Below, piece by piece: positions 38,609-48,938 of a stretch of 64,000 bases of DNA. Origin of the DNA: an uncultured Acidimicrobiia bacterium (GTDB lineage: Bacteria; Actinomycetota; Acidimicrobiia; Spongiisociales; UBA5794); the NCBI GenBank assembly GCA_963823505.1, contig CAWGLY010000005.1:1438174-1502173 (forward strand), written 5' to 3'. Under the pieces are notes generated by a model. It saw nothing but the letters and a program-made list of their open reading frames with translations. It was not told the origin of the DNA and did no database searches. A program made the translations under genes and the position numbers. Each line of letters begins with the position of its first letter. Within the stretch, counting starts at the first letter, position 1.

Positions 38609-38961
38609 CGAACCTCCTCTGCCGAGGGACACAGGAGCCTGCGCATCAAACAGTCGTGCGGGCTCGCATGACCGGACGGGTGCCCCGGTGACGAACTCGA
38701 GCACGAGCCCAAACCGACGTTGTTCCGCAGTCTCCTTCGAGCGGACACTATCTGTTCGTCCGGCGCGGCGACAGCCCGCCCCACGTGCGCGGCCTCTACG
38801 CCACCGCGGACTGGCATCGGCTGACGCTTCGTGCTTTCTAGTATTTACCAGGTAGAAGCTTGCCCAAAACCCCTGCCTTGTCCTAGCCTCTCTGCACCAG
38901 AGGTCCAGCGCTGCGACCACGCCGCCCAAAGCGGCACCCATGAGCGGAGTTACTACGCCAC

Positions 38962-39753
38962 GTGCGTTATCGATCCCCCCTTGCATTTGCCGGTGTGTTC
39001 ATCGTCCTGCTGCTTGCAGTGATGGGTTTTGCCGCGTTCTCGACGGGACCCGTCGAGACGGCAAGGACGGCAGACGGTGTCGTGCTGCCCCCGACGGCAT
39101 CTGGCCGAGTCGCCGGTGCCGTGCTCGGTAGTGAGCTGGTCACGACCGGCACTGCCGTCCCCGCAGCCGAGGCTCCGGTCGACAACGGGACGCTGGCAAC
39201 CTCCCGCAGCGTGAACGATTCCGCGGAGGAGGCCGTGCCGAGCACAACGACAACCACGGCAGCGCCGGCCACGACGGTTCCGCCGACCACCACCACCGCA
39301 CCACCAGCTACCACCGCACCCCCCACCACCACGACGACCACCGCGCCACCGGCCACCACCGCACCCCCCACCACCACGACGACCACCGCGCCGCCGGCCA
39401 CCACCGCACCCCCCACCACCACGGCACCGCCAGACAACGATGCGCCCCCAGCGGACCACCCTCCCGCTGTCGAGCAGTGGCGGTCTGTGGTGGCCACCTA
39501 CTGGCCCGCAGAGCTCGTCGACGACGCGCTGACCGTCATCTCGTGCGAGAGCCACGGCGATCCCAATGCGGTCAACGCCTCGAGCGGGGCCGCAGGACTC
39601 TTCCAGTTCATACCGAGTACCTGGGATTCGGCCGCCGCCCAGGCCGGCTGGGAAGGCGCCGACGTGCTCGACCCGGCAGCGAACGTCGCCGTTGCCAACT
39701 GGCTCTTCAACGCCTACGCAACACCGTGGCAGCCTTGGAGCTGCAAGCCCTGA
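38962..39753 (+). CDS. Secreted lytic transglycosylase (SLT/lysozyme-like) with Pro/Thr-rich linker
   Basis: N-terminal hydrophobic signal; CESHGDPNAVN..GAAGLFQFIPSTW; WQPWSC. Confidence 0.85.
   Translation: MRYRSPLAFAGVFIVLLLAVMGFAAFSTGPVETARTADGVVLPPTASGRVAGAVLGSELVTTGTAVPAAEAPVDNGTLATSRSVNDSAEEAVPSTTTTTAAPATTVPPTTTTAPPATTAPPTTTTTTAPPATTAPPTTTTTTAPPATTAPPTTTAPPDNDAPPADHPPAVEQWRSVVATYWPAELVDDALTVISCESHGDPNAVNASSGAAGLFQFIPSTWDSAAAQAGWEGADVLDPAANVAVANWLFNAYATPWQPWSCKP
39244..39431 (+). repeat. Coding tandem repeat (TTTTTTAPPATTAPP units, ~45 bp)
   Basis: 4-5 units, two of them near identical at DNA level. Confidence 0.8.
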
Positions 39754-39789
39754 CGGGCCAACCCCCTCCGTCGCCGTAAGATTGACCAC

Positions 39790-40158
39790 GTGAAGACATA
39801 CCTCAAGATCCTCATCGTTCTGGCCATATGGGCCGCTGTCACCTGGCGGTTCCGTGAGAGCCTCCTCCCTCTCCCGAAGAGGGAGTCCGGCCCGGTCCCG
39901 CACATCCGCCATCCCGAGGCACCGGCCCAAGCGCGCCCCGCCCCCCATTCGTCGAAGGCCCCCACCGACACCCCTGCGGATGACTTGACGGAGATCAAGG
40001 GCATCGGCCCCGTGTACCAAGAGCGGCTCGCGGAGATCGGAATCACGACGTTCGCTTCCCTCGCCGAGGCGGCGCCGGGCCACACCGCAGAACGACTCGA
40101 CATCGCCCCCGCCATGGTGGAGGACTGGAAGATCCAGGCCGCGTCGCGGTCCTCGTGA
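39790..40158 (+). CDS. Membrane-anchored helix-hairpin-helix protein
   Basis: DDLTEIKGIGPVYQERLAEIGITTFASLA. Confidence 0.8.
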   Translation: MKTYLKILIVLAIWAAVTWRFRESLLPLPKRESGPVPHIRHPEAPAQARPAPHSSKAPTDTPADDLTEIKGIGPVYQERLAEIGITTFASLAEAAPGHTAERLDIAPAMVEDWKIQAASRSS

Positions 40159-40177
40159 GGCCACCACAGGCTCAAAT

Positions 40178-41242
40178 GTGAGCTCTCCGTATCTCCTTGC
40201 CCCCGAGGAGTTGCACACCTTCTTCCAAGGCGAGCCGCCTTTTCGGAGCCGCCAACTCTCAGACTGGCTGTACAAGACGCCGGTGCTGACCTCGGCCGGG
40301 ATGAGCAACCTCCCGCTCGTGGTCCGCGAGCGGATGGCGGACGACCTGTATCCGTTCTCGGTCGAAGTCGAGCAGTCGGCGGACGGCGGGCGTACCCGGA
40401 AGTGGCTGTTCCGCACTGACGATGGCAACAGCATCGAGGCGGTGCTCATGGGCTACCCCAAGCGCACGACGTTGTGTATCTCATCCCAGGCCGGGTGTGC
40501 CATGGGATGCACGTTCTGCGCCACCGGTCAGTTCGGCTTCGAGCGGCAGCTCGACCCGGGGGAGATCACCGCCCAGATCGCATTCGCCAATGCCCACCTC
40601 CGCGCCAACGGCCTCGGTGGCTCGCCCGACCGGGTCACCAACATCGTGTTCATGGGCATGGGTGAGCCGCTCGCCAACTACCCCAGGGTTCGCGAATCGC
40701 TGCGGCGGATGATCGACGTGATGGGCATCGGGGCTCGCTCGATCACAGTGTCGACCGTCGGCGTCGTCCCCGGCATGCTCCGGCTCGCCGACGAACCCTG
40801 GCAAGTGAACCTGGCCGTCAGCCTCCATGCCGCCGATGACGGGCTCCGTTCGCAACTCGTGCCACTCAACGACCGGTATCCGCTCGCAGAGGTGATATCG
40901 GCGTGCCGCAACTTCGCAGCCACCACAGGACGCCGGGTTTCGATCGAGTGGGCGTTGATGGCGGGGACCAACGACACGGATGATCAGGCGCGCAAGCTCG
41001 CCGGGATCGCGGTCGGGCTCCGGGCCCACGTCAACGTGATTGCGCTCAACCCGACTCCGCTGACGGCCGAGCGGCCGCCTACGTCAGAGCGTGTTCGCGA
41101 ATTCGTCGCGCTGCTTCGTGACGGGGGGGCCAACGCCACGCTGCGCGATACGCGCGGTCAGGACATCGATGCGGCGTGTGGCCAACTCAGGGTGCGCGCC
41201 GCAGCAGAAACGCCGATCGAGTTACGCGGATTGACGACCTGA
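40178..41242 (+). CDS. rlmN: 23S rRNA/tRNA m2A methyltransferase RlmN
   Basis: CISSQAGCAMGCTFCATG, FMGMGEPLAN, SLHA, DIDAACGQL. Confidence 0.96.
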   Translation: MSSPYLLAPEELHTFFQGEPPFRSRQLSDWLYKTPVLTSAGMSNLPLVVRERMADDLYPFSVEVEQSADGGRTRKWLFRTDDGNSIEAVLMGYPKRTTLCISSQAGCAMGCTFCATGQFGFERQLDPGEITAQIAFANAHLRANGLGGSPDRVTNIVFMGMGEPLANYPRVRESLRRMIDVMGIGARSITVSTVGVVPGMLRLADEPWQVNLAVSLHAADDGLRSQLVPLNDRYPLAEVISACRNFAATTGRRVSIEWALMAGTNDTDDQARKLAGIAVGLRAHVNVIALNPTPLTAERPPTSERVREFVALLRDGGANATLRDTRGQDIDAACGQLRVRAAAETPIELRGLTT

Positions 41243-41304
41243 GCCGCATCACGAACCGGTCACCAGTCCCCTACGCTACGCGGTCCTCGGTGACAGGAGG
41301 GGCC

Positions 41305-41766
41305 GTGAAGCTCGAACCGGGAGCGGAAGCTCCGTACTTCAGCAGGAAGAATCACGAAGGGGACGACGTCACCCTCGACGACTATGCGGGACACCGTCTC
41401 GTCATCTACTTCTATCCCAAGGCGTTCACCCCTGGGTGCACCGCCGAGTCGTGCGACTTCCGCGATCGCTATCAGACCTTCTACGAAGCGGGCTACGAGA
41501 TTGTCGGGGTGAGCCCCGATCCGCTCGGCGAGCTTGCAGGCTTTCGGACCGAGCATGACCTTCCCTTTCCGCTGCTCTCCGACGAAGACCACTCGATGTC
41601 GGAGGCCTACGGGGCATGGGGCATGAAGAAGAACTACGGCAAGGAGTACGAGGGGCTGATCCGCTCCACGCTGGTCATCGACGAGGCCGGTGTCGTCGAA
41701 CACGCCTGGTACAACGTCCGTGCCAAGGGCCATGCTGAGCGGGTGAAGACGGCACTCTCCGAGTGA
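41305..41766 (+). CDS. bcp: Peroxiredoxin Bcp
   Basis: YFYPKAFTPGCTAESCDFRD; SD AGGAGG. Confidence 0.93.
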   Translation: MKLEPGAEAPYFSRKNHEGDDVTLDDYAGHRLVIYFYPKAFTPGCTAESCDFRDRYQTFYEAGYEIVGVSPDPLGELAGFRTEHDLPFPLLSDEDHSMSEAYGAWGMKKNYGKEYEGLIRSTLVIDEAGVVEHAWYNVRAKGHAERVKTALSE

Positions 41767-41871
41767 CCGTCGGGGCGACGGACCTATAGGCTGCACCCGC
41801 GACTCACTCCTAGAGTGAATGTCCACCGCACGCATCTGCGGCAGGATTCGACGATACGGGAGCTTTCAACG

Positions 41872-42750
41872 ATGACGACACCGGTCCGCAAGGCGATATT
41901 CCCGGTGGGCGGCCTCGGCACGAGGTTTCTCCCGGCAACCAAAGCACTCCCGAAGGAGATGCTGCCGGTCGTCGACACTCCGCTCATCGAGTACGCCGTC
42001 CGCGAGGCCATGGAAGCGGGAATCGAAGAAGTCATCTTTGTCACCGGTCGCGGGAAGACCGCAATCGAAGACCACTTCGACCGCCACTTCGAACTCGAAG
42101 CCACTCTGCACGAACGGGGCAAGTCGAACGCCCTCGATCTCGTGCTCCGCTCCAATCCCAAGCCGGGGCGTATTGCGTACGTGCGGCAGGGGGAGCCACT
42201 CGGCCTCGGCCATGCAGTGTGGTGTGCGAGACGCTTCATCGGCGACGAGCCTTTCGCCGTCCTCTTGGCCGACGACCTCATCAAGTCGTCACCTGGAGCG
42301 CTGAGCGAGATGGTCGACGTCTACAACGAGCACGGCGGCAGCGTCATCTCGTTGATGGAGGTCCTCAGCACCGACACCAGCCGGTACGGCATCATCGATC
42401 CCGGCAAGGACGACGGCCGACTGGTCGAAGTCCGCGGGCTCGTCGAGAAGCCCGACCCTGAGGATGCTCCTTCGCGTCTCGCCATCGTCGGCCGCTACAT
42501 CCTCCAACCGGAGATCATGGACTATCTGGGTCTCGGCACCACGGGCACCGGCAACGAGATTCAGCTCACCGATTCGATGGTCAAGCTGATCGGCAACCAC
42601 CCGTTCCACGGCGTCCGGCTCAGCGGCACCCGGTTCGACTGCGGCACAAAGCTCGGCTTCCTCGAAGCCAACGTGGCGTTTGCCCTCGACCGCAGCGACC
42701 TGGGCGGCGACGCAAGGAGCCGGATCCAGGGCGTGTTGGACTCCTTCTAG
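41872..42750 (+). CDS. galU: UTP--glucose-1-phosphate uridylyltransferase
   Basis: KAIFPVGGLGTRFLPATKALPKEMLP, LGLGHAV, VEKP, EIQLTD. Confidence 0.95.
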   Translation: MTTPVRKAIFPVGGLGTRFLPATKALPKEMLPVVDTPLIEYAVREAMEAGIEEVIFVTGRGKTAIEDHFDRHFELEATLHERGKSNALDLVLRSNPKPGRIAYVRQGEPLGLGHAVWCARRFIGDEPFAVLLADDLIKSSPGALSEMVDVYNEHGGSVISLMEVLSTDTSRYGIIDPGKDDGRLVEVRGLVEKPDPEDAPSRLAIVGRYILQPEIMDYLGLGTTGTGNEIQLTDSMVKLIGNHPFHGVRLSGTRFDCGTKLGFLEANVAFALDRSDLGGDARSRIQGVLDSF

Positions 42751-42940
42751 AAGAGCGAGAAGACCGCAGTCCGCATCGTCGCGAGGGCTCGCTACTGGCG
42801 AAGTGCCAAGTCACGGCCTCCGCTACGAGCCAGCATCGGCAGCCCGCTGTGGGGCGAGCCCTGCGCAATCGGGCACACGACCCACTGCTACGGTTGAACA
42901 CTCCATCGACCTCCCCGCTTCGACCGAAAGGACCCAGGCA

Positions 42941-44041
42941 ATGGGCAAGCTCCATGAGCTTCACGAGAACGGCCAGTCCGTGTGGCTCGACTTCATCCGC
43001 CGCGACATGCTCAGCGCCGAAGGCGAACTGGCCCAACTCGTTGCCGACGGGATCCGCGGGGTCACGAGCAATCCGAGCATCTTCCAGAAGGCCATCTCCA
43101 CCTCGCAGGCCTACGACGGCCAGATCCAGAGCATCCTCGCTTCCGAGCCGGAGATTTCGACCGCAGAGGTATTCGAGCGTCTCGCCGTTCGTGACATCAA
43201 GGGTGCGGCCGACATACTCCGCCCCGTCTACGACGCCAGCGACGGCGGCGACGGGTATGTGAGCCTCGAAGTCGCCCCCAACCTCGCCTACGACACCGAG
43301 GGCACGATGGCCGACGCCCGCCGTTTGTGGCGCCTCGTCGATCGCCCCAACCTGATGATCAAGGTCCCCGCAACCGAGCAGGGCATTCCCGCCGTCGAGC
43401 AGCTCATCAGCGAGGGGCTGAACATCAACATCACCCTGATGTTCTCCCTGGCCGACTACGAGGCGGTCGCCCACGCATACCTGCGCGGGCTGGACCGGGC
43501 GGAAGACCCTTCGCACATCGCTTCCGTCGCTTCATTCTTCGTCAGCCGGGTCGACAGCACGACCGACGCCGCTCTCGAGAAGGCGGGAACCGATGCTGCG
43601 ATGGGTCTTCGCGGCCGCATCGCGGTCGCCAACGCCAAGCTCGCCTACCGCCGCTACCGGCAACTCTTCGAAGGCGCGGCATTCGCCGAGTTGGCGGCCA
43701 GCGGGGCCTCGCCGCAACGTGTGCTGTGGGCGAGCACGTCGACGAAGAACCCCGAGTACAAGGACACGTTGTACGTCGATGAGCTCATCGGGCCCAATAC
43801 GGTCAATACGATGCCGCCGGCGACCATCGATGCGTTCCTCACCAACGGCGTGATCGATCCACATGCGCTGACGAACGACGTCGACGGTGCCGCTGCAGAC
43901 ATCGCCGCCTTGGCCGACATGGGCATCGACTTCGACGAGATCACTCAGACGCTGCAAACCGACGGCGTGCGCGCCTTCGCCGACTCCATGGACGAGCTGT
44001 ACTCCGCCTTGGCGGAGAAGATCGCAACGATTCGTAGCTGA
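42941..44041 (+). CDS. tal: Transaldolase (type 2)
   Basis: GQSVWLD, GVTSNPSIF, NLMIKVPAT, ASFFVSRVD, LWASTSTKNP. Confidence 0.95.
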   Translation: MGKLHELHENGQSVWLDFIRRDMLSAEGELAQLVADGIRGVTSNPSIFQKAISTSQAYDGQIQSILASEPEISTAEVFERLAVRDIKGAADILRPVYDASDGGDGYVSLEVAPNLAYDTEGTMADARRLWRLVDRPNLMIKVPATEQGIPAVEQLISEGLNINITLMFSLADYEAVAHAYLRGLDRAEDPSHIASVASFFVSRVDSTTDAALEKAGTDAAMGLRGRIAVANAKLAYRRYRQLFEGAAFAELAASGASPQRVLWASTSTKNPEYKDTLYVDELIGPNTVNTMPPATIDAFLTNGVIDPHALTNDVDGAAADIAALADMGIDFDEITQTLQTDGVRAFADSMDELYSALAEKIATIRS

Positions 44042-44045
44042 GCCG

Positions 44046-44170
44046 GTGGCCGGCGCCACGTTGTGCTTCGACGTCGGTGGCGTCCTGCTCACCAACGACC
44101 GGGACGTGGAGCGCCGCGGCCGCGTCGTTGCCGCTTTCGGCCCTCGATTACGAGGAGCTCCCCGACCGCT
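44046..44170 (+). pseudogene. Truncated HAD-family phosphatase remnant
   Basis: LCFDVGGVLLTNDRD..R...AFG/(+1)LDYEE is HAD motif I; ends after ~40 codons against the convergent ABC gene. Confidence 0.6.
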
Positions 44171-44196
44171 CGAGTCGTTGTCCCATGGGACGCGTT

Positions 44197-45996
44197 TCAG
44201 CCGCTGTCGCGGAACTGCTTCGCATGGAGATCGGCATACAGGCCTCCCGTTGCGAGGAGGGCTTCGTGTCTGCCCTGCTCGACGATGCGACCCTCGTCCA
44301 GCACCAGGATCCGGTCGGCGTTGCGGACCGTCGAGAGCCGGTGGGCGATGACGAACGTGGTCCGCCCCTCCATGAGCCGATCCAGCGCGGTCTGGACGAC
44401 CGTTTCCGCTTCGCTATCGAGTGAGCTCGTCGCCTCGTCGAGAATGAGGATGCGGGGGTCTTTGAGGAGAGCGCGAGCAATGGCGATGCGCTGGCGTTGC
44501 CCCCCGGAGAGCTTGATGCCCCGCTCCCCCACGATGGTCTCGTAGCCGTCGGGGAAGCTGCTGATGAAATCGTGAGCGTTCGCTGCGGTTGCCGCCGCAC
44601 GCAGTTCTTCTGCCGTCGCGGAGGGTTTCCCCACCAGGAGGTTCTCCGTGATCGTGCCGGAAAAGAGCTGCGTCTCCTGGGGCACCGCTGCCATCACCCG
44701 CCGCAGCGCAGACTTCCCGCACGTACGGATGTCGATGTCGTCGATGCAGATCTTGCCGCTCGTGACGTCGAAGAACCGGGGTATCAGCTGGACGAGGGTC
44801 GACTTCCCCGCCCCGCTGGGGCCTACCAAGGCGACGATCTCCCCCGGTGCCGCCTCCAGACTCACATCCTCGAGCACCGACATGTCCCTGTCCGAATAGG
44901 TGAATCCCACCGAATCGAACGTCACCCGTCCCGCTACGTCACCGAGCTCGTGGGGAGTGGCGGGCTCGGCGAGGTCGTTGTGCTCGTCGAGCAACTCGAA
45001 GATCCGCCGCGACGCTCCCAGTGCCTCCTGGAGCTCCCCGTACAAGCCGGTGAACGTCCCGATCGCCCCAGCGACAATCAGGGTGTAGAGGAGGAACGAC
45101 ACGAGGTCGCCCGTTGACATGTCGCCGGCGATCACCTGCCTTCCCCCGCGCCACAGCACGAAGGCGAGGGTGCCGAACGCACCGAAGGTCACGAAGGGCC
45201 CGAAGATCGCCCGCAGCCGCGCCCTGCGGATGGCGACGGCGTACGAGCCGCGCACGGCCTTTGTGTACCGGTCGGTCTCCACCCGCTCAGCGCTGAACCA
45301 CTTCACCACCCGCACGGCTGCGATGGACTCGTCCGCACCGGCATTGGCTTCGGCAACCTTGTCCTGGAACTCCGTGGAGATGCGGCGCAGCCTGCGGCCA
45401 AAGAACGCCGCAGCGACGATGGCGATCGGGAGGAACGTCAGCACCGTGATCGACAGATTGACGCTGATGACGAAGAGCAGGACGACACCTCCGACCAGGG
45501 TGATGCTCTGGGCCATGGCCGCAGCCAACGAGGTCGAAACCGCCGACTGCACGACCGCTACGTCCGAGGTCAGCCGTGACGTGATCTCACCGGTCTTCCT
45601 CGTGTCGAAAAACTTCACCGGGAGGGTCATCAAGTGGGCGTAGGTCTGGATGCGCATGTCGGCGACGACTCCCTCGCCCAGGACCGACAGGTAGTACACC
45701 CGCACGAAGTTGAATGCCGCTTGCAGGAAGAACACCCCGACGAGGACCAGGGCGGCCCGGTTCAGACCGGACGTGTCGGACGCCTGGCCGATGACGTTGT
45801 CCACCAGATCGCCCATCACACGGGGAAACACCAGCCCGAGCGCACTGGCGAACAGCACACCTACCAGGGCGGCAGCGAACTGAGCCCGGTAAGGGCGAAC
45901 AAATCCAAACAGGCGCCGAAACTGACCGAAGTCGGCCCGGCTGGGCCGGACGGAACGATCCTGATCGACAGCCCGCCGCCTGGGGTTGCGCAACAT
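44197..45996 (-). CDS. ABC transporter fused permease/ATP-binding protein (MsbA-like exporter)
   Basis: N-terminal TM domain, GPSGAGKS, LSGGQRQR, ILDEATSSLD, IAHRLST. Confidence 0.93.
   Translation of the reverse strand: MLRNPRRRAVDQDRSVRPSRADFGQFRRLFGFVRPYRAQFAAALVGVLFASALGLVFPRVMGDLVDNVIGQASDTSGLNRAALVLVGVFFLQAAFNFVRVYYLSVLGEGVVADMRIQTYAHLMTLPVKFFDTRKTGEITSRLTSDVAVVQSAVSTSLAAAMAQSITLVGGVVLLFVISVNLSITVLTFLPIAIVAAAFFGRRLRRISTEFQDKVAEANAGADESIAAVRVVKWFSAERVETDRYTKAVRGSYAVAIRRARLRAIFGPFVTFGAFGTLAFVLWRGGRQVIAGDMSTGDLVSFLLYTLIVAGAIGTFTGLYGELQEALGASRRIFELLDEHNDLAEPATPHELGDVAGRVTFDSVGFTYSDRDMSVLEDVSLEAAPGEIVALVGPSGAGKSTLVQLIPRFFDVTSGKICIDDIDIRTCGKSALRRVMAAVPQETQLFSGTITENLLVGKPSATAEELRAAATAANAHDFISSFPDGYETIVGERGIKLSGGQRQRIAIARALLKDPRILILDEATSSLDSEAETVVQTALDRLMEGRTTFVIAHRLSTVRNADRILVLDEGRIVEQGRHEALLATGGLYADLHAKQFRDSG
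45872..45941. repeat. 70-bp direct repeat, copy 1 (inside ABC gene 5' end)
   Basis: 67/70 identical to 53424-53493. Confidence 0.92.
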
Positions 45997-46074
45997 GCGA
46001 AGATGCTACGACCAACTGCACATCTCGCCGCCGCGGGCGGCATCGAGACCCCATGCGGACCTGACAGCGCACGC

Positions 46075-46295
46075 TCCGTGATCCTGATGCTGTTCTCGGC
46101 GCGGGCCAAGGGGAACGAGCCGATGTTTCCCGCCATCGACGCGTGTCTCCGGTCAAGCCCTTCGCGCTCGCCGTGGTGCTCGCAAGCGTGAACCCGAAGA
46201 ACCTCTTGCTCTCCGCTGGTGCCGGCGCGGCACTGGCGTTCCTGATCTTCGGTGTCAAGCCGACTGCCGACGGACTCCCCGCACTCAGTCGCTGA
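46075..46295 (+). pseudogene. Internally deleted GAP (DUF2910/Sap) family gene remnant
   Basis: Fragments SVILMLFSARAKGN, FALAVVLASVNPKNLLLSAGAG and FLIFGVK..DGL are compressed into ~220 bp with a frame change. Confidence 0.6.
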
Positions 46296-46464
46296 GCCCG
46301 TTGGGGCTCGTCCTGGAGGGGTGAACTCGCCGGCCGTGCGCGCGCCTCCGAGCGGTCTGATCTCCAACTGATCCGTTCGCGAGCCATCGTGAGCGCCTAC
46401 AGTCTCTCCGTCACGATCAGCTCCGTGTCAGCATCGCTCTGGACCATCACCGCTGAAAGGCGTC

Positions 46465-47727
46465 ATGGCAGCTCCCCTTCCCATCGATCAACCGTGGTAT
46501 CGACAACTGTTGGCGCTCGCCGTCGTCGTCGGTGGCGTGCTCGCCATTCTCGGTCTCGGCTACCTCGGGCTCACGGGAGTGATCACGGATCAGGTGTTCG
46601 GCGATCCCCGAATCGATGCCTGGTCGGGCGAGTGGTGGTGGATCGCGTACACCGCAGCGGGTGGACTCGCCGTCGGCGCCCTCCGGGCGTGGTGGGGGAC
46701 CACCGATGACGTCCCTGGCGGTGTGGCGGTCATCGAGTCGGGTCAGGTCGACCATCGGGTGGCACCCTCATGGGTGGCTCTTGCAGCCGTCTCCGCGATC
46801 GCCGGAGCCAGCCTTGGGCCGTCGTTTGCCCTGGTCATGATCGGCGGGGGGCTGATGTCCTGGATCGCCTCGCGGATCTGGCACGACGACGCCGACATCC
46901 GGCTCACTGCAACGATGACCGGAGTCGCCGGCGGCTTCGGCGGGGTCTTCACGTCACCCGGGCTCGGCACGCTCATCGTCAGCGAGTTGGCCCCCATCGG
47001 CAAGGAGCGCTACGTCGAGGGCTTGCTCCCACAGCTGATCGCCGCCACCGCAGCGTTCGCCCTCTTCTTCGGAGTTGCCGGCAGCACCCTGCTGAACAGC
47101 TTTTCGGTTCCGACGGAGGCGTTCAGCATCTGGGATCTCCTCATCGGTGTCGGGCTGGGTATCGCCGGAAGCGCGGTCATGATCGTGTTCGTCCTGATGG
47201 TGAAGGTCGTCCAGGGACTCGCTGCCAAGGTGACGAACGGTCTCGTCCGCGGTCTCGTCGGAGGCGCCCTCGTCGGGCTCATCGCCACGGCCCTGCCGCT
47301 GACAGTCGGAGCCGGCAACGATCAGCTCAGCAGGGTGATCGATGAGTCAGCAACCATCAGCATCTGGCTGCTCGTTGCCGTTCTCCTCGCCAAGATGTTG
47401 GCCATGGCCCTCAGCCTGGCGGCAGGCTTCATCGGCGGCAACGTTTTGCCGATGCTGTTCGTCGGCGGGACCGCGGGCGTGATCATCCACCTCGCGATTC
47501 CCGAGATTCCCTACGCGGTTGCGGTGAGCTCCATGCTGGTGGCCGTTCCCGGAGCGATCATCAAGGCGCCGATCGGTTTGACCTTCATCGCGGTGCTCTC
47601 CGTCGGGCTCGGCCCGCTCACGGCCGCTCCCGTCGCCGTCGCCGTCGCCACGTCGTACATCACGACGGCCGGCGTCGTCGCATTCCTCCGGGCCCACCGA
47701 GCCCAGGTCCCCGAGCCGAAAGCCTGA
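46465..47727 (+). CDS. Chloride channel (ClC) family membrane protein
   Basis: GASLGPS (divergent GxEGP-type), GFIGGNVLP; many TM segments. Confidence 0.8.
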   Translation: MAAPLPIDQPWYRQLLALAVVVGGVLAILGLGYLGLTGVITDQVFGDPRIDAWSGEWWWIAYTAAGGLAVGALRAWWGTTDDVPGGVAVIESGQVDHRVAPSWVALAAVSAIAGASLGPSFALVMIGGGLMSWIASRIWHDDADIRLTATMTGVAGGFGGVFTSPGLGTLIVSELAPIGKERYVEGLLPQLIAATAAFALFFGVAGSTLLNSFSVPTEAFSIWDLLIGVGLGIAGSAVMIVFVLMVKVVQGLAAKVTNGLVRGLVGGALVGLIATALPLTVGAGNDQLSRVIDESATISIWLLVAVLLAKMLAMALSLAAGFIGGNVLPMLFVGGTAGVIIHLAIPEIPYAVAVSSMLVAVPGAIIKAPIGLTFIAVLSVGLGPLTAAPVAVAVATSYITTAGVVAFLRAHRAQVPEPKA

Positions 47728-48048
47728 CACCATTTTCCGCCCGTCGGCCACCGGCCGTGGCGGTGCATCGCCAGACAAACGGGCGGTGCCGATCAGTCCG
47801 CTCCTGCCCTTCCGGCGGGCCGCTCGGGCCCCGGCATCAGCGGCCGGCTTGCCAAGAGGCTCGGGTGGAGCACGGCAATCATCCGCCTAGAATGCCGCCG
47901 ATGTTCCGTCGACGGACAGATATTGCCCACAACGACAGCAGTAGCCGCGTCGATGTGCAGGCGATCGACACGGCTGTCTTCAGACGGTGGGGAGACACGT
48001 CATCGTGTTGACCTGCGTCGCTGACGAGTGCCAAGAGGATCGGTGACC

Positions 48049-48927
48049 ATGTCGAAGAAGCACAAGAACAAGAAGAAGCACGACTCGACTCGAGCCGAGA
48101 AGGACGCTGCCGAGCAGGAGAAGACCGACGCCGACCGGTCGAAGGAACCTCCCGCGAAGCTGCGCCGCAAACAGTACGAGGCCGAACTGGAGATCTTGCA
48201 GGGTGAACTCGTCGCCATGCAGGAGTGGGTGCGGTCAACCGGTGCGAAGGTGTGCATCGTCTTCGAAGGACGGGACACGGCCGGTAAGGGAGGAACGATC
48301 AAGCGGATCGTCGAGCGGGTCAGTCCCCGGACGTTCCGCGTCGTGGCGCTCCCGGCGCCGAGCGAACGCGAGAAGTCGCAGATGTACATCCAGCGGTACA
48401 TGGCGCACTTTCCGGCTGCCGGCGAAGTCGCGATCTTCGATCGCAGCTGGTACAACCGCGCCGGCGTCGAGCCTGTGATGGGCTTCTGCACCCCAGAGGA
48501 GACCGAGCACTTCTTGAAGATGGTTCCGCTCGTCGAACGGGCAATGGTCGACTCGGGGATCATCCTGATCAAGTACTGGCTCGAGGTCAGCCCCGAGGAG
48601 CAGTCTCGCCGGTTGAAGAGCCGGGTCGACGATCCGCGAAAGGTCTGGAAGCTGACCGACATGGATCTCAAGTCCTACAGCCGGTGGTATGACTACTCAC
48701 GTGCCCGCGATGCGATGCTTGCCGCAACCGACACGTCATGGGCCCCGTGGTTCATCGCCCACACCAACGACAAGAAGCGTGGCCGACTGAACATCATCTC
48801 GCACCTGTTGAACCAGGTGCCGTACGAAAAATCCGACCGTCCCGAGATCAAGTTTCCGCGGCGTCAGTCGGCCGGTGGCTACGTCGCACCCGAGCTTCCC
48901 CTGCGCCACATTCCTGAGCCGTTCTGA
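48049..48927 (+). CDS. ppk2: Polyphosphate kinase 2
   Basis: FEGRDTAGKGG, FDRSWYNRAGVE, KYWLEVS.EEQ, WKLTDMD. Confidence 0.95.
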   Translation: MSKKHKNKKKHDSTRAEKDAAEQEKTDADRSKEPPAKLRRKQYEAELEILQGELVAMQEWVRSTGAKVCIVFEGRDTAGKGGTIKRIVERVSPRTFRVVALPAPSEREKSQMYIQRYMAHFPAAGEVAIFDRSWYNRAGVEPVMGFCTPEETEHFLKMVPLVERAMVDSGIILIKYWLEVSPEEQSRRLKSRVDDPRKVWKLTDMDLKSYSRWYDYSRARDAMLAATDTSWAPWFIAHTNDKKRGRLNIISHLLNQVPYEKSDRPEIKFPRRQSAGGYVAPELPLRHIPEPF

Positions 48928-48938
48928 GGAGCGCCGCA

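Noticed and set aside
38609-38961. c-di-AMP (ydaO) riboswitch upstream of the transglycosylase
   Set aside because: The conserved GAATCC/GGGGAACC/CCCGTCAGCTAAC elements were not found.
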